A DNA stretch of 64,000 nucleotides from Eledone cirrhosa. Lineage: Eukaryota. The stretch covers positions 6,138,001 through 6,202,000 of the forward strand of contig OZ024756.1 in the NCBI GenBank assembly GCA_964016885.1. Reading direction: 5' to 3'. Positions 1 to 13,025 of this stretch are shown here, in pieces. Under the pieces are notes generated by a model. The model was not told the origin of the DNA and made no database searches. It worked only from the letters and a program-made list of their open reading frames with translations. How positions within the stretch are numbered: the first letter of the stretch is position 1; every line of letters starts with the position of its first letter. The position numbers and the translations under genes were made by a program.

Positions 1-178
1 CTACTTTAGGTACAAGGCCAGCAATTACCCAGTGCATTACTGGTAATTTATTTTATCGACCCCGTAAGGATGAAAGGCAAAGTCAACCTCGGCGGGATTT
101 GAACTCAGATTGTAAAGGGACGTAACTATGTTGGAAAGCATGGCGTCCGACCCTCTACCGATACTGCCAATCCACCGC
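1..178 (-). mobile_element. tRNA-derived SINE family 1
   Basis: A box TGGCAGTATCGGTAG, B box GAGTTCAAATCC, core GCCTTTCATCCTTACGGGGTCGATAAAATAAA(G)TACCAG, which resembles the Meta-SINE domain (from memory). About 35 copies in the window. Confidence 0.9.
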
Positions 179-279
179 AATAAGCTGATTTTATATATAT
201 CTATATATATAACAAAAATAAAAAAGCTGAAGTTACATAAATCGTTTAATCATTATAATTATTTTCACTCTTCTCAAAT

Positions 280-468
280 GGCGGTGGACTGTCAGTATCG
301 GTAGAGGGTCGAACGTCATGCTTTGACGCATAGAGTAACGGCCCTTGCCATTCTGAGTTCAAATCCAGCCAAGGTTAACTTTGCCTTTCATCCTTACCGG
401 GTCGATAAAATAAAGTACCAGTATTGTGCTGGGTTATTGCTGGCCTTGTGCCAGTAGTAGAAACAATT
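280..468 (+). mobile_element. SINE family 1 with TSD
   Basis: Full length; ATTATAATTATTTTCACTCTTC occurs on both sides. Confidence 0.9.
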
Positions 469-630
469 ATAATTATTTTCACTCTTCGGAATATATATAT
501 ATATGGTGAGAAGCAGGCGAAACTCCAGAGTAACGGGACTCACTATTTACCCTTAATTTAGTAAAATGAATACTTAAGCTCTGCTTCGGTATTGAGTACT
601 CTTTTTCCCTCGGCCATCAAGTCATACCAA

Positions 631-714
<84 letters not shown>

Positions 715-751
715 GTGTGTTTATGTGTCTGTGTGTGTTTATGTATCAATG

Positions 752-796
<45 letters not shown>

Positions 797-852
797 AAAA
801 AAGATGAAATCCAAAGTGCAACTTGAATCTTTTTTTTTAAATATATTTATTT

Positions 853-900
853 GGTTCCTTTACCGGTTTCGCAGTTCTTGTGCTTTTCAAAAGTAGAACC
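853..900 (-). ncRNA. Degenerate hammerhead at the apex of inverted repeat 790-963
   Basis: - strand: TTGAAAA GCA caagaac TGC GAAA CCGG TA AAGGAACC. Core CTGANGA is mutated; stems II and III are intact. Confidence 0.55.
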
Positions 901-1050
901 AAATATATATTTAAAAAAAAAAAGACCCCAGTTGCATTTTCGATTTCATCCTTTTTCTTTATACTTTCACTTGTGTAGGACACCTTGTTTTTTTTTCATT
1001 TTGTAAAAAAAACTCAGTTTCTAATAATATATATATATATTATATATATA

Positions 1051-1235
1051 ACTGTTTCTACTTTTTGGCACAAGGCCATCAATAACTCAGTACATTACTG
1101 GTACATTATTTTAACGACCCCGTAAGGATGAAAGGCAAAGTTAACCTCGTCGGGATTTGAACTCAGACCGTAAAGGGACGTAACTATGCCGGAAAGAATG
1201 GCGTCCGACTCTCTACTGATACTGCCAATCCACCT
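1051..1235 (-). mobile_element. SINE family 1
   Basis: Same consensus. Confidence 0.9.
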
Positions 1236-1490
1236 CAATAACAACTGCTGATGTGTTGTTACTAGTCTCAAGACATCTATAGCTGGTTGACTTCATCAGA
1301 CTGCATCAGATGGTATAACTCTCCTTCCTATTCAACTTAACGCTGTATCGTTGTTGTTGTTTTTGTGTGTGTGTGGGGGGGGGGGGTATTTTTCGTGAAC
1401 AACAGCAACAGCTGCTTCATCACCTTCACCTTCTTCGCTTTCTTTATCTTCTTCTCTTCTATATCCGTTACATGTGCCGTGACTAACTCC

Positions 1491-1599
1491 CTACTCCAGC
1501 TGACCTTGTCTAGCATTACCGTCAGAATTCCCCCCCGCCTTCAGCCCGGTGTCCTCTTCATGAACATCCTTCAGCGTTGTGGTTGGTCTCACAACTGGT
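1491..1599 (-). CDS. Candidate terminal exon
   Basis: Acceptor cgtattttctcag; the phase-2 frame continues the 45-nt exon as (R)PVVRPTTTLKDVHEEDTGLKAGGNSDGNARQGQLE*. Confidence 0.4.
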
Positions 1600-1844
1600 C
1601 TGAGAAAATACGTGGGTGTTTGCATGCATTGCAATGTACTCCAATCTTCACACACTGACTAGAGTCCTTAGAGGTCTTAATCTGATAATCTGATCTAAGT
1701 CAGAGCTTCTCAAAGACCCCACCCATACTCGTGGGGTGGGGGGTGGGGGGGTAAACAAGGTCCAGTGGGACGTAATGGGTCGGTAGATATAGTTACATAT
1801 TAAATATTAAATACCAAATGGTACATATAAAAAAAAAAGGGATC

Positions 1845-2059
1845 GATCGACTTTCGTCAAATCGGACCGAGGAAACAATGTTTCCGTCGGTCTTTCCAGT
1901 TGCTAATACTATCTATCGGTCGCAACTCCAGGTAGAAGGAACAACGTGAAATGAAGTGTCTTGCTCAAGGACATAACGCATCGCCCGGTCCAGGAATCGA
2001 ACTCACAACCTCAAGATTGTGAATCCAATTCTCTAACCACTCAGCCACACGCCTTCACA
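1845..2059 (-). mobile_element. tRNA-derived SINE family 2 (CORE/V-like central domain)
   Basis: GTGGCTGAGTGGTTAG..GAGTTCGATTCC..TGTCCTTGAGCAAGACACTT. Relatives at 3459-3600, 20077-20340, 38709-38910 and 46855-47110. Confidence 0.8.
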
Positions 2060-2086
2060 TATGGTACATATTATATATAAATAAAG

Positions 2087-2273
2087 GGCGGTAGATTGGC
2101 AGTATCGGTAGAGGGTCGGACGCCATGCTTTCCAGCATAGTTACGTCCCTTTACGATCTGAGTTCAAATCCCGCCGAGGTTGATTTTGCCTTTCATCCTT
2201 ACGGGGTCGATAAAATAAAGTACCAGTAATGCACTGGGTAATTGCTGGCCTTGTGCCTAAAGTAGAAACAATT
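2087..2273 (+). mobile_element. SINE family 1 with TSD
   Basis: Full length; ATTATATATAAATA duplicated. Confidence 0.9.
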
Positions 2274-3007
2274 ATATATAAATATAGTAAAATAAAAACT
2301 ATATACTATTTATTTATACATAGTATATATTATATTATTTATTATATATAAATTAACGATTTATTTATTATATATTATTTACAATTTGGTGTAGGTAGGT
2401 TTCTCTGGAAACAGGGTTGGAGGTGCTGGGGGTATTGATCGTGGCTGGTGGGTATTGGGGCCGGTAACCCCAAAACATTTGATCTAAGTAGACATAGAAC
2501 CTCTGATCTAAGTAGACATAGAATCCTGTCATATCTTCTCTATAGAGATAACATTTGGTAGGTGAAGTGTAGTAGGAAGATTAGGCTCAAGTAGACATAA
2601 CAAACTACATATCGTTTACTTGATTAAGTCATTTCTAATAACCTAGTATGTGTTACCATATATAAAGTTGTGTAGTCAATCAAATTAATTAATTAAAATT
2701 ACACTTACAACGAGAAGAAGAAAACCATTAGGTGAATAATTACATCTGATCAATAAGAAGAAAACGACTCTAGAATTTAAATTAATTGAAATTAATTCCA
2801 AATTAATTGAGGGCATGTTATGAGACGGAAGTTTCAGTTCATTGAATGTAGATTATAGACAGACGGTATGCTATACTATTACCACATATCTGTGTGTTCT
2901 ATAGTCTCTAGATTATAATATATATAAAGATATACTCTAATATATGTCAACTTTTTAAACAAGCATGGACACGAACGTATATAAATTATATACACAGACA
3001 CACAATT

Positions 3008-3130
3008 ATTATTTCTACTTTTGGCACAAGGCCAGCAATTATCCCAGTGCATTACTGGTACTTTATTTCATCGACCCCGTAAGGATGAAAGGCAAAGTTA
3101 ACCTCGGCGGGATTTGAACTCAGACCATAA
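3008..3130 (-). mobile_element. SINE family 1, 5'-truncated
   Basis: Flanked by duplicated ACAGACACACAATTAT. Confidence 0.85.
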
Positions 3131-3205
3131 TACAGACACACAATTATGTTGGTCGGTAAGTGAAACACGATTTATGTAAGCTTTAGTACATGGCGGATCT
3201 ATTGA

Positions 3206-3281
<76 letters not shown>

Positions 3282-5088
3282 AGTGTGAGTGTGATAGAGT
3301 GTGTGAGTGTGTGATAGTGTGTGTGTGTGCGTGGTGATTGTAACGTCCAGTTACTGTGCGTCACACCCCAATAAATATGTAATGAAGATCTGATACCTCG
3401 TCCTTTATATTATTATTAGGTATATATATGTATATATATATATATGGTTTTTTTTTACGATCGACTTTTCGTCAAATCGGACCGAGGAAATAATGTTTCT
3501 GGAGGTCTTTCCAATTGCTAATACTATCTATCGGTCGCAACTCCAGCTAGAAGGAGCAACTCGAAATAAAGTGTCTTGCTCAAGGACATAACGAGACACT
3601 TTATTTCACGTTGCTCCTTCTACCTGGAGTTGCGATAAAATATATATATGTGTATGTATGTGTACATGTGTGTATATGTGTGTCTGTGTATGAGTGTGTA
3701 TTTGTATGTATGTATAATTGTATGTATATAAATAAATATAAATATATATACATATACGTATATATACAAGCTGCCTATGTGGTGGATTGGTATAACGTGA
3801 AAATGTATTAGTATACAAACAGATGCCGAAACCCATTAATAGACATGTACCTGCACAGTAAATAGTCATGTGCACAGCATTAAAACACAGCGGAAAATCA
3901 CATAATATTAATAGATAGCAGCTTTTTAAGTACAACATGTATAAAAATAACAAGAGGTGAGGAAATAAGGAATGAAGGGGACGGCAGAATGAGGAGAGAA
4001 AGGAAAACATAATAATACTAAAATCAATGAAGGATTTTTCTATTTTTCTACAGAGTCAACTAGTACTTTATTCGTTTTGTGTAAACACTCAGTCTGTGTC
4101 ATTAAGAGCATTGTTATAGTGTAAAAAATAACACCTTGTTAGTATCACCTACAGTATTGTTGTGGCCAAAAAAGTACCTACTTACTAGTATTGCTTACGT
4201 TGTTTTTCTAAACCCTAAGAAAATAATGTTTTTCTTCGGGTCGCTGAGGTCATTGCTAAAGGTATTGAATAGCATTTTAGTAGCGTATTTTGTGGCATTT
4301 CCGTAGTTATGAGTAATTCTACTTATGAGTGTCAGATGAAGAAATAACTATTGTCAAGTGTCATTTAGGACTTTGGTAAATAGTGAAAAATACCATTCTC
4401 CTCATAAATGTCTCAGGCTGTTGATGTTGTTGCTGAACTTAATATAAGAAACGTTGGCAATTATGTAGAAGCCAGTATTGTTTCGTTTTTTCAAATCGGA
4501 AAGAAGATTATGATAGAACAGACAATCAGCAGATTATAGGTATTAATTTGCCTGTATTGTATTGTGATTTATTCTATAGGCTTTGCTTTTGGAATATACT
4601 AAATAACATCTTGGCAGGAGGATAGAGGGAATAAAGTGTTCGTGGTAAGGGTCTGTCGCAGCAATCTACGGGACACCATCACCGCAAGACACCGGAAGAC
4701 GTTTAACCACGTGTTATAGATGCCCACGAAGAGAGGTCGAATCCAGTGAATGTCTCTCTCTACTGAAAACAAGAGATTGGTTTAGGTGAGGCATAGGAAA
4801 GAGGTAAAGGAAACCAGTCATGGCTACTGTTGAGATCTGTCACGAGGTGTCTGGCAGACATCCGACTAGCCTAGCAGTAGGCATACGACAGGGTTTTCCC
4901 CCGTTTGGGGTGGAGATCTATCGTAGCCCAGTGGTCCACAAGGAGTATAAAGAACACAATATCTAACTATTTCGTAATTAATTCACACGAATTGTAACTT
5001 AGATGTTATCTTCAGGCAGCCTCACCACAAAGCTTTTAAACAATGCTAGTTATTCCAATCATAAATATAGGCTAATGCACACAATTTT

Positions 5089-5163
<75 letters not shown>

Positions 5164-5188
5164 AAATATTTATGCAAATATTCCTTAC

Positions 5189-5233
5189 CTGTTGTTCCAT
5201 TTTTCCTTGGCTGATTCGAAGATGAACTCTCCG
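5189..5233 (-). CDS. Candidate 45-nt exon
   Basis: Strong acceptor ttttaatttctctttcaccag and donor CAG|gtaagg. All three frames are open (e.g. GEFIFESAKEKWNN). Confidence 0.55.
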
Positions 5234-5300
5234 CTGGTGAAAGAGAAATTAAAACATGGTATTAATTCAATGCAATTACACACACACACACGCATACACA

Positions 5301-5350
<50 letters not shown>

Positions 5351-5898
5351 TGCATATATACATAGTCGGAATTCCAAATTATGATGGATAAGATTAATCA
5401 AATTATTTAAAAGGGAATTGAAACTCTATTGTTGCTTCATCTTACATGGAACTCGACTGAACATTAATACATCTGTACCAAAGATAGATACACGGAGGTT
5501 TATTCTTAAATAACTTCACAGAAATATCTCATTGTCTTCTTCTCTGGTCCCTTTTATTACATTATGGCGGTCGTTGTATATTTTCTCAGGAAACGAAATT
5601 CTAAAATACGTTATAAAATTTTAAAACATGTCTGACACAAGGTAATAAAAATGTTCGTTTATTTTTGGTATTTTAATGTCATTTTCGTCGACCTATTTCC
5701 TTTTTACTCTCATCTAACTTCACGTAACAACAGACAGGTCTTACATAGCTTGGATAGCAGAGCACAACACTACACATCACTTTCTATTCCTTCTTCTCAA
5801 TCGAAGATGGTGAAAGCCATATTTGTTTAGATATAGCTATCTTACTTCCGGTGTCGCGTTCACTCAGTTTGTTTTCACTATGTGCCAGCAAATGCCAG

Positions 5899-5973
<75 letters not shown>

Positions 5974-6287
5974 TCGTACAATATATATACTTTCCTCTCT
6001 CTCCTTGTTATTTTTCTCTCTATATCTGTCCCCCCACCTCTCTCTCTCCCCACTCCTCTCAACATCTAGCGTTCTCTATGCCAGACGTAGATATACACAA
6101 CTATGTTTTCCTGTTGAATAACAACTATAAGAGTAGACAGAGAGATGTTTGCTGTTATTTTTGACAACCTTATCCAAACTTTCTATGGCTACCACACCTT
6201 CAGCTGAATGTCAGAACAGTTCTTTGTTTGTTGGGTTTTTGTTATTATTGAAACTATTCACCAATATTCTTACATCCGCGTTCTTAC

Positions 6288-6364
6288 CTCTCCACCCTCT
6301 ACCACACCCCCTTCAGGCTCCACTTCTATATCTTCCTCATCATTTCCTCCATCCATGTCATCAT
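6288..6364 (-). CDS. Candidate acidic exon
   Basis: attatag|..GAG|gtaaga; DDMDGGNDEEDIEVEPEGGVVEGGE. Confidence 0.35.
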
Positions 6365-6434
6365 CTATAATGTTATTACACACTACTTTCATTACGGATA
6401 TATATACATTATTTTTTTTTTGGCGGTAATTTAC

Positions 6435-6488
6435 TTCCTCGTTTTTGAATCAGTTTGAGCATTTCTTTAGAACTGCTGGACTGGCAAC
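6435..6488 (-). CDS. Candidate small exon
   Basis: cag|..|gtaaat; CQSSSSKEMLKLIQKRG, in phase with the next candidate exon across a 70-nt GT-AG intron. The acceptor is weak and an alternative lies at about 6523. Confidence 0.3.
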
Positions 6489-6873
6489 CTGACAGATACC
6501 TCAGGCACTGATGATGATTATCGCTAAATACTGATGTTGGTTAGATTATCAATATTAGTATTATTGGGGCACCCATTGATGAATTATAGGAGCCCACTTG
6601 AATATATATCTATTGATGGTATACAAGCTCCTACTTAAATTGGTATAATTAAACCCAAATTGTAGGAGTCCTATAATGAAACGAGACGTCCGCCTGGGAA
6701 GAGATATATTCGATATGTCTCATATGAAATAATACAGCCAATTTTCCACGCAATACTTTTAGTTAGCACCCCGAACGCATAATTAGGAATATAATCGCTT
6801 ATTTCCTAATGTTTGTTGAGTGAGTTGGAATTTGGCCGGAGTATCACTAAAAAGCTTTCTCCGATATTGTATT

Positions 6874-6929
<56 letters not shown>

Positions 6930-7011
6930 GGATAAATATATTAATATAGGAATGGCTTCTAAATGACGATATAGATAGGTGAATGGTGTGTAATATGTAT
7001 GTATATATATA

Positions 7012-7043
<32 letters not shown>

Positions 7044-7046
<3 letters not shown>

Positions 7047-7260
7047 TTATTAAAATAACAGATTAAAGTTTAAGCAAAGAATCGCTGCTTTCACCCTTAA
7101 CGGGATGTTCTGAAGATCCCGTTAAGGGTGAAAGCAGTGATTCTTTGCTTAAACTTTAATCTGTTATTTTAATAAATATTTGCTCTACGGTTCTTATATA
7201 TTTGATATCCTTCTTTCGATCCCTCTTTGGATTTTAGTCTTAAAATGTATTGTCATTGAC
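7044..7260 (+). mobile_element. Fold-back element in (TA)n with hammerhead core
   Basis: About 62-bp arms (7044-7178); CTGAAGA TCCC gttaa GGGT GAAA at 7110-7133; unique tail to about 7260. Confidence 0.7.
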
Positions 7261-7386
7261 TATATATATATATATATAACCAAAAGTTAAACAAGGTTCA
7301 TTGATTATTCAATGAAATCAATCAACTGCCAAAACTGGAATTGAAAAATCAGCACATTTGGGGTATGTCATACATCAATTTATATA

Positions 7387-7447
7387 TTTTATCTGATGAG
7401 GACGTACTGAAAAAACAGCAGAGTACCTCGAAATATATATAGTAAAA
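7387..7447 (+). ncRNA. Type I hammerhead ribozyme
   Basis: TTTTAT CTGATGA GG ac GTACT..AGTAC CTC GAAA TATATA TA GTAAAA. Intact core, palindromic stem III, predicted AUA cleavage. Confidence 0.75.
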
Positions 7448-7498
7448 AATATATTTTGATTACGTGTATGTCTACATTTATTAATACTTTGAATTAAA

Positions 7499-7597
<99 letters not shown>

Positions 7598-7600
7598 TAT

Positions 7601-7641
<41 letters not shown>

Positions 7642-7654
7642 TATATATATATAT

Positions 7655-7788
<134 letters not shown>

Positions 7789-7933
7789 ATACTTTGGGAG
7801 GGTCATGTTGCCAATAAGAAACACGCGCACCAGATGCCTTCACTTCAATTTATTATAATAAATTTATAAATTTAGGAATTTATAAATTTCCGGTTGGTTG
7901 GTTGGTTCCACAACCAGATGGTTGTTTATATAT

Positions 7934-7978
7934 TGTCAAAGTTATTTCGTCACGCATTCTCTGACCTCTTCAGTGACA
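7934..7978 (-). ncRNA. Minimal type I hammerhead ribozyme in the PLE 3' pLTR
   Basis: - strand: TGTCA CTGAAGA G GTCA gagaatgcg TGAC GAAA TAAC TT TGACA. Stem I TGTCA/TGACA, stem II GTCA/TGAC. Confidence 0.75.
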
Positions 7979-8204
7979 GGGGATTCTTTTCTTTGTTTTT
8001 GTGCCTCTCCTTTGTTCTGTCCTACGCCATCTTGTTTCTGTGTGTGTGTGTTGTGTGCTCAGTCTGCGCATGCACCACATCCGGGTGTCTGTGTGTGTTT
8101 ATATTCGTTCATTTATTTGTTTATTTACATGTTACAGGTTGGTTGTTTGTTCTATGTGCGTGTGTGTTTTCATTTTGTCCTTAATTGTAAGTTGTGATGT
8201 TGCT

Positions 8205-8814
8205 GTTCCACTCATGTTTTCTATTTAATTTTGGTTGTAATTCTTCTATGTTTATTGCCTCTATGATTTGTCTAAACATTGCGTCTTTTCTGTGTGTAGA
8301 TTCTATTTTTATTTCTATGCTCTCTAATTTACCCTTGTTCTATTTTAGCACGTTGGTAGAGTACAGATGATTCTTTACTATCTTGAAGGTCTCGCCAGTG
8401 TTCATTTATCAGTTCCACTACACTACGGGGTGTCTCACCTATGAACACTATATTTTTGTCTCTACATTGTCCTTCAGTACATCTTATGCTATATACTACA
8501 TTTTTAGTTTTACAGTTAATATGGCGGCTTAATTTACAGGTTATACATTTCTTATCTATACAGGGGGGGGGGTCTTTGAAAAGGGTATGTCTTGCTAATA
8601 AGTGTTTTTACGGAGGTAGCTGGTCTTTCTACTATCTTAATATTGAGTTAATTTGTAAGCTAATTGGGGTTGTATCGATGAACATTACACTCTGGTATTT
8701 ATTGCTATCATACCATGAGTTTATTCTATTAGCCTTATTCCTAGTTCTTCCTATTCTATTCCAAAATTTGCTCCTATACAAGGGGCAGGTCCCATTTGGG
8801 TCATTATTTACCAC
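8205..8814 (-). pseudogene. PLE linker plus GIY-YIG endonuclease (frameshifted)
   Basis: PLYRSKFWNR..WY..YQSVMFIDTTP, then CIDKKCITC..NCKTKNVVYSIRC..C..VFIGET..INEH..RQIIEAINI..PKLNRK, read manually across frameshifts. Confidence 0.85.
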
Positions 8815-9950
8815 TTTTTTCCCATTTGGTTCTGGCTCCTCTATACACTCTGATTTTATCTCTCTGATTGTAACCAGAGAACTGCATACGGTGGATGAAG
8901 TATTGTATGTGTCTCTCTAGTTCTTCGGGGTTGCACATGCGAGACACGTTTCTCATCACCCTTACCAAATCCGCAATCAGTATGTTGATTTTGGTATGGT
9001 CCGAAACAGCTGAGTTTCGGTGGATAAGATATTTGGAAGTCATGTGTTTGGCATAATGGGAATGGAGGATTTGTTTTGCGTTATTAATGGTATCTAACCA
9101 GAGCTCTGTGTCTAGTACAGGTAATCGGTGGTTGGGGTGTTTACTTGGGTAGTTTATAGTAACTCTAATACTCTGGTGGATAGAGTTAGCTATTTGCTGG
9201 ATGCTTTCCATTGTGTTTTTCTCTAATTCCTGACTGTTCTCTAGTGGGGGTGTTTTAACTACGATGTTTATATCATCAACGTAGCGGGAGTACATTATCA
9301 GGGTTAAGGGGTCTTCTAATTGTTCTTTAAGTTTAAGTTTAAGTCTACTGTCCCACCATACCATGAATAAGTTAGCTATGTCGCCTGCAATGCTAACACC
9401 AATGGCTGCTCCTTCCTCTTGGGCATATGTTGTTCCATTAAATTTGAACATATGTTCTTTAAGGGTTAATTTTATGCTGGCCCCCACAGCATATGCAATC
9501 ATTTTCTTTAGTTCATCGTGGTTTTCGGGTGTCCGTATGGCTGTGGTCCACCCGTTCCATCTATCTGTGTGGGTGTTCTTGGCCATTGTAGGTGGTATGC
9601 CTCTTGCTCTCTTGTAAGGCACAGGTTGCTAAGGTCATATGTGTCTAGGTAATTATTACTATAGGTAAGTTTAAGTAAGTGTCCCAGCTCACTGGTATCA
9701 ATCCCACGGAACTCAACATTGCTCTCACTGATCAATTCTACGCATTTCTCCACAGCAAAATCCACGTCAATAACACAACATCCATACTGCCTATTATGAA
9801 GTTTGTTAGGTCCCTAGGTCGGTTACTCTCGCCGATTCTGCTGAGGAGGTCCTCCGTGCTGTCACATACATCTGGGGACATTTCAATGATGGGGCGTATG
9901 ATCAGGGAGAGGAAGTAGGACAGTCTGTAGTTACTAGCAATGTTAGCTCC
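8804..9950 (-). pseudogene. PLE reverse transcriptase (frameshifted)
   Basis: IIRPIIEMSPDVCDSTEDLLSRI, IIGSMDV (motif A), QEEGAAIGVSIAGDIANLFMVWWD, RYVDD, NYPSKHPNHRLPVLD, HYAKHMTS..SA. Split across ORFs 9508-9765 and 8804-9622. Confidence 0.9.
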
Positions 9951-9959
9951 ACAGACTGG

Positions 9960-10375
9960 CCGTTACTACTACTACTATTCTTACTACTACTGTTACTACT
10001 ACTACTACTACTGCTACTACTTCTACTACTACTACTACTACTGCTACTACTACTACTAATGTTACTACTACTGCTTTTACTACTACTACTACTGTTACTA
10101 CTACTACTGTTACTACTACTACTACTGCTACTAATACTACTACTATTACTACTGCTACTGCTACTAATACTACTACTACTACTACTGCTACTAATACTAC
10201 TACTATTACTACTACTACTACTACTATCACTACTACTACTGCTACTATTACTACTACTATCACTACTACTACTACTGTTACTACTACTACTGTTAATACT
10301 ACTACTGCTACTACTACTACTACTACTACTAATAATAATAATGCTACTACTGTTACTACTACTGTTACATTACTG

Positions 10376-10407
<32 letters not shown>

Positions 10408-11300
10408 GCCACTAATACTACTGTTACTGCTACTACTACTGCTACTACGACTACTACTGTTACTACTACTACTACTACTACTACTGCTACTACTGTTACT
10501 ACTACTACTACTGCTACTACTGTTACTGCTACTACTATCACTACTAGTACTGCTACTACTACTATTACTACTACTATCGCTACTACTACTACTACTACTA
10601 CTACTACTGTTACTACTACTACTGCTACTACTTCTACTGCTACTACTACTACGGCTCTACTACTGCTACTACTACTACTACTGTTGCTACTACTACTGCT
10701 GCTTCTGTCTTTGTTTAGTCTGTCTTTCGTCTCAAGTTGCTACTACGGCTACATATACTACTGCTGCTACTACTACTACTACTACTACTGCTGCTACTAA
10801 TACTGCTGCTGCTATTACTGCCACTACTTCTGCTACTACTACTGCTACTACTACTGCTAGTAATTCTACAGCCGCTGCTATTTTATCAAGTTAAAAAAGA
10901 AAAAAAACTACGAGTCGCTAAGTAAAGGAATTATGTTAATAAAAAGAAAAAGAAAAAACATAAAAAATAATGATATAACAAAACAACAACAACAACAGCA
11001 ACAGCACCTATAACAACAACAACAACAGGAGAACGATAACAACATCAATAACAACAACAACAACAACACCTATAACAACAACAACAACACCAATAACAAT
11101 AACAACAACACCGGCAACACCAACAATAGCAACACCAACACCAATAACAACAACAACAACACCTATAAAAACAACAACAACAGGAGAACGATAACACCAA
11201 TAACAACAACAACACCAGCAACAATAGCAACACCAACAACACCAACAACAACAACAACAGCAACAAAAACAAGAGAACGATAACAACAACAGCAACAAGA
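9960..11300. repeat. (TAC)n and (AAC)n trinucleotide tracts
   Basis: Direct reading. Confidence 0.95.
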
Positions 11301-11370
11301 GAGAACGCTAACAACGATGACGACACAAGCACGAAATGGCAAAGTGAAGAGTTTGGGAGATTCCCTCCAG
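11045..11370 (-). CDS. Candidate exon encoding a hydrophobic (TM/GPI-like) segment
   Basis: Acceptor tttcgttggttgtcatttacag; phase-1 frame (A)GGNLPNSSLCHFVLVSSSLLAFSLVAVVVIVLL.. runs into (GTT)n, so the true end is unknown. Confidence 0.3.
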
Positions 11371-11469
11371 CTGTAAATGACAACCAACGAAACACGTGTA
11401 ACTCTTCAAGCTTGAAGACAGAAATGTTTGCCTGGTGATATTTAACTCAAAAGTTTGCCATATTGTGTG

Positions 11470-13025
11470 ATGAGGCGGTGGGGAGAGAGAGGTAGCGAGA
11501 GATGGGAGTGGTGGGGGAGATAGAGGTGGTGGAGAGAGGAGTGGTTTTTGAGAAAGAGGTAGAGAGAGATGGGAGTGGTGGAGGAGATAGAGGGGTGGTG
11601 GGGAAAGATGCGGTGGTGAGAGAGACGTGAGAGAGAGAGGTGTGGAGAGAGAGGTAGGTGGTGGCGATGTAGAGGTGGGAGTGAGAGGTGGGAGAGAGAG
11701 GTGTGGAGAGAGAGGTGTGAGAGAGAGGTGGGAGAGAGAGGTGTAGAGAGAGAGGTGTGGAGAGAGAGGTGGGAGAGAGAGGTGGGAGAGAGAGGTGTGG
11801 AGAGAGAGGTGTGGAGAGAGAGGTGGGGAGAGAGGTGTGGAGAGAGAGAGGTGGGACAGAGAGAGGTGGGAGAGAGAGATGGAAGAGAGAGGTGGGAGAT
11901 TGAGGTGTGGAGAGAGAGGTGGGAGAGAGAGGTGGGAGAGAGAGGTGTGGAGAGAGAGGTAGGAGAGAGAGAGGTGGGAGAGAGAGGTGTGGAGAGAGAG
12001 GTGTGGAGAGAGAGATGTGGAGAGAGAGGTGGGAGAGAGAGGTGTGGAGAGAGATGTGTGGAGAGAGAGATGTGGAGAGAGAGGTGGAAGAGAGAGGTGT
12101 GGGAGAGAGGTGGGAGAGAGAGGTGGGAGAGAGATAGGTGGGAGAGAGAGGTGGGAGAGAGAGGTGGGAGAGAGAGGTGTGGAGAGAGAGGTGTGGAGAG
12201 AGAGGTGGGAGAGAGAGGTGGGAGAGAGAGGTGTGGAGAGAGAGGTGGGAGAGAGAGGTGGGAGAGAGAGGTGGGAGAGAGAGGTGGGAGAGAGAGGTGG
12301 GAGAGAGAGGTGGGAGAGAGAGGTGTGGGGAGAGAGGTGGGAGAGAGAGGTGGGAGAGAGAGGTGGGAGAGAGAGGTGGGAGAGAGAGGTGGGAGAGAGA
12401 GGTGGGAGAGAGAGGTGTGGAGAGAGAGGTGGGAGAGAGAGGTGGGAGAGAGAGGTGTGGAGAGAGAGGTGGGAGAGAGAGGTGGGAGAGAGAGGTGGGA
12501 GAGAGAGGTGTGGAGAGAGAGGTGGGAGAGAGAGGTGGGAGAGAGAGGTGTGGGGAGAGAGGTGGGAGAGAGAGGTGGGAGAGAGAGGTGGGAGAGAGAG
12601 GTGGGAGAGAGAGGTGGGAGAGAGAGGTGGGAGAGAGAGGTGTGGAGAGAGAGGTGTGGAGAGAGAGGTGGGAGAGAGAGGTGTGGAGAGAGAGGTGGGA
12701 GAGAGAGGTGGGAGAGAGAGGTGGGAGAGAGAGGTGGGAGAGAGAGGTGTGGAGAGAGAGGTGCGAGAGAGAGGTGGGAGAGAGAGGTGTGGGGAGAGAG
12801 ATGGGAGAGAGAGGTGGGAGAGAGAGGTGGGAGAGAGAGGTGGGAGAGAGAGGTGGGAGAGAGAGGTGGAAGAGAGAGGTGGGAGAGAGAGGTGTGGAGA
12901 GAGAGGTGGGAGAGAGAGGTGGGAGAGAGAGGTGGGAGAGAGAGGTGTGGAGAGAGAGGTGGGAGAGAGAGGTGGGAGAGAGAGGTGTGGGGAGAGAGGT
13001 GGGAGAGAGAGGTGGGAGAGAGAGG
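11470..13025. repeat. Purine-rich 13/14-bp minisatellite (GGTGGGAGAGAGA / GGTGTGGAGAGAGA)
   Basis: Direct reading; explains the 300-550 aa spurious ORFs. Confidence 0.95.

Noticed and set aside
1-2273. tRNA genes
   Set aside because: The A and B boxes belong to SINE heads; there is no complete cloverleaf.
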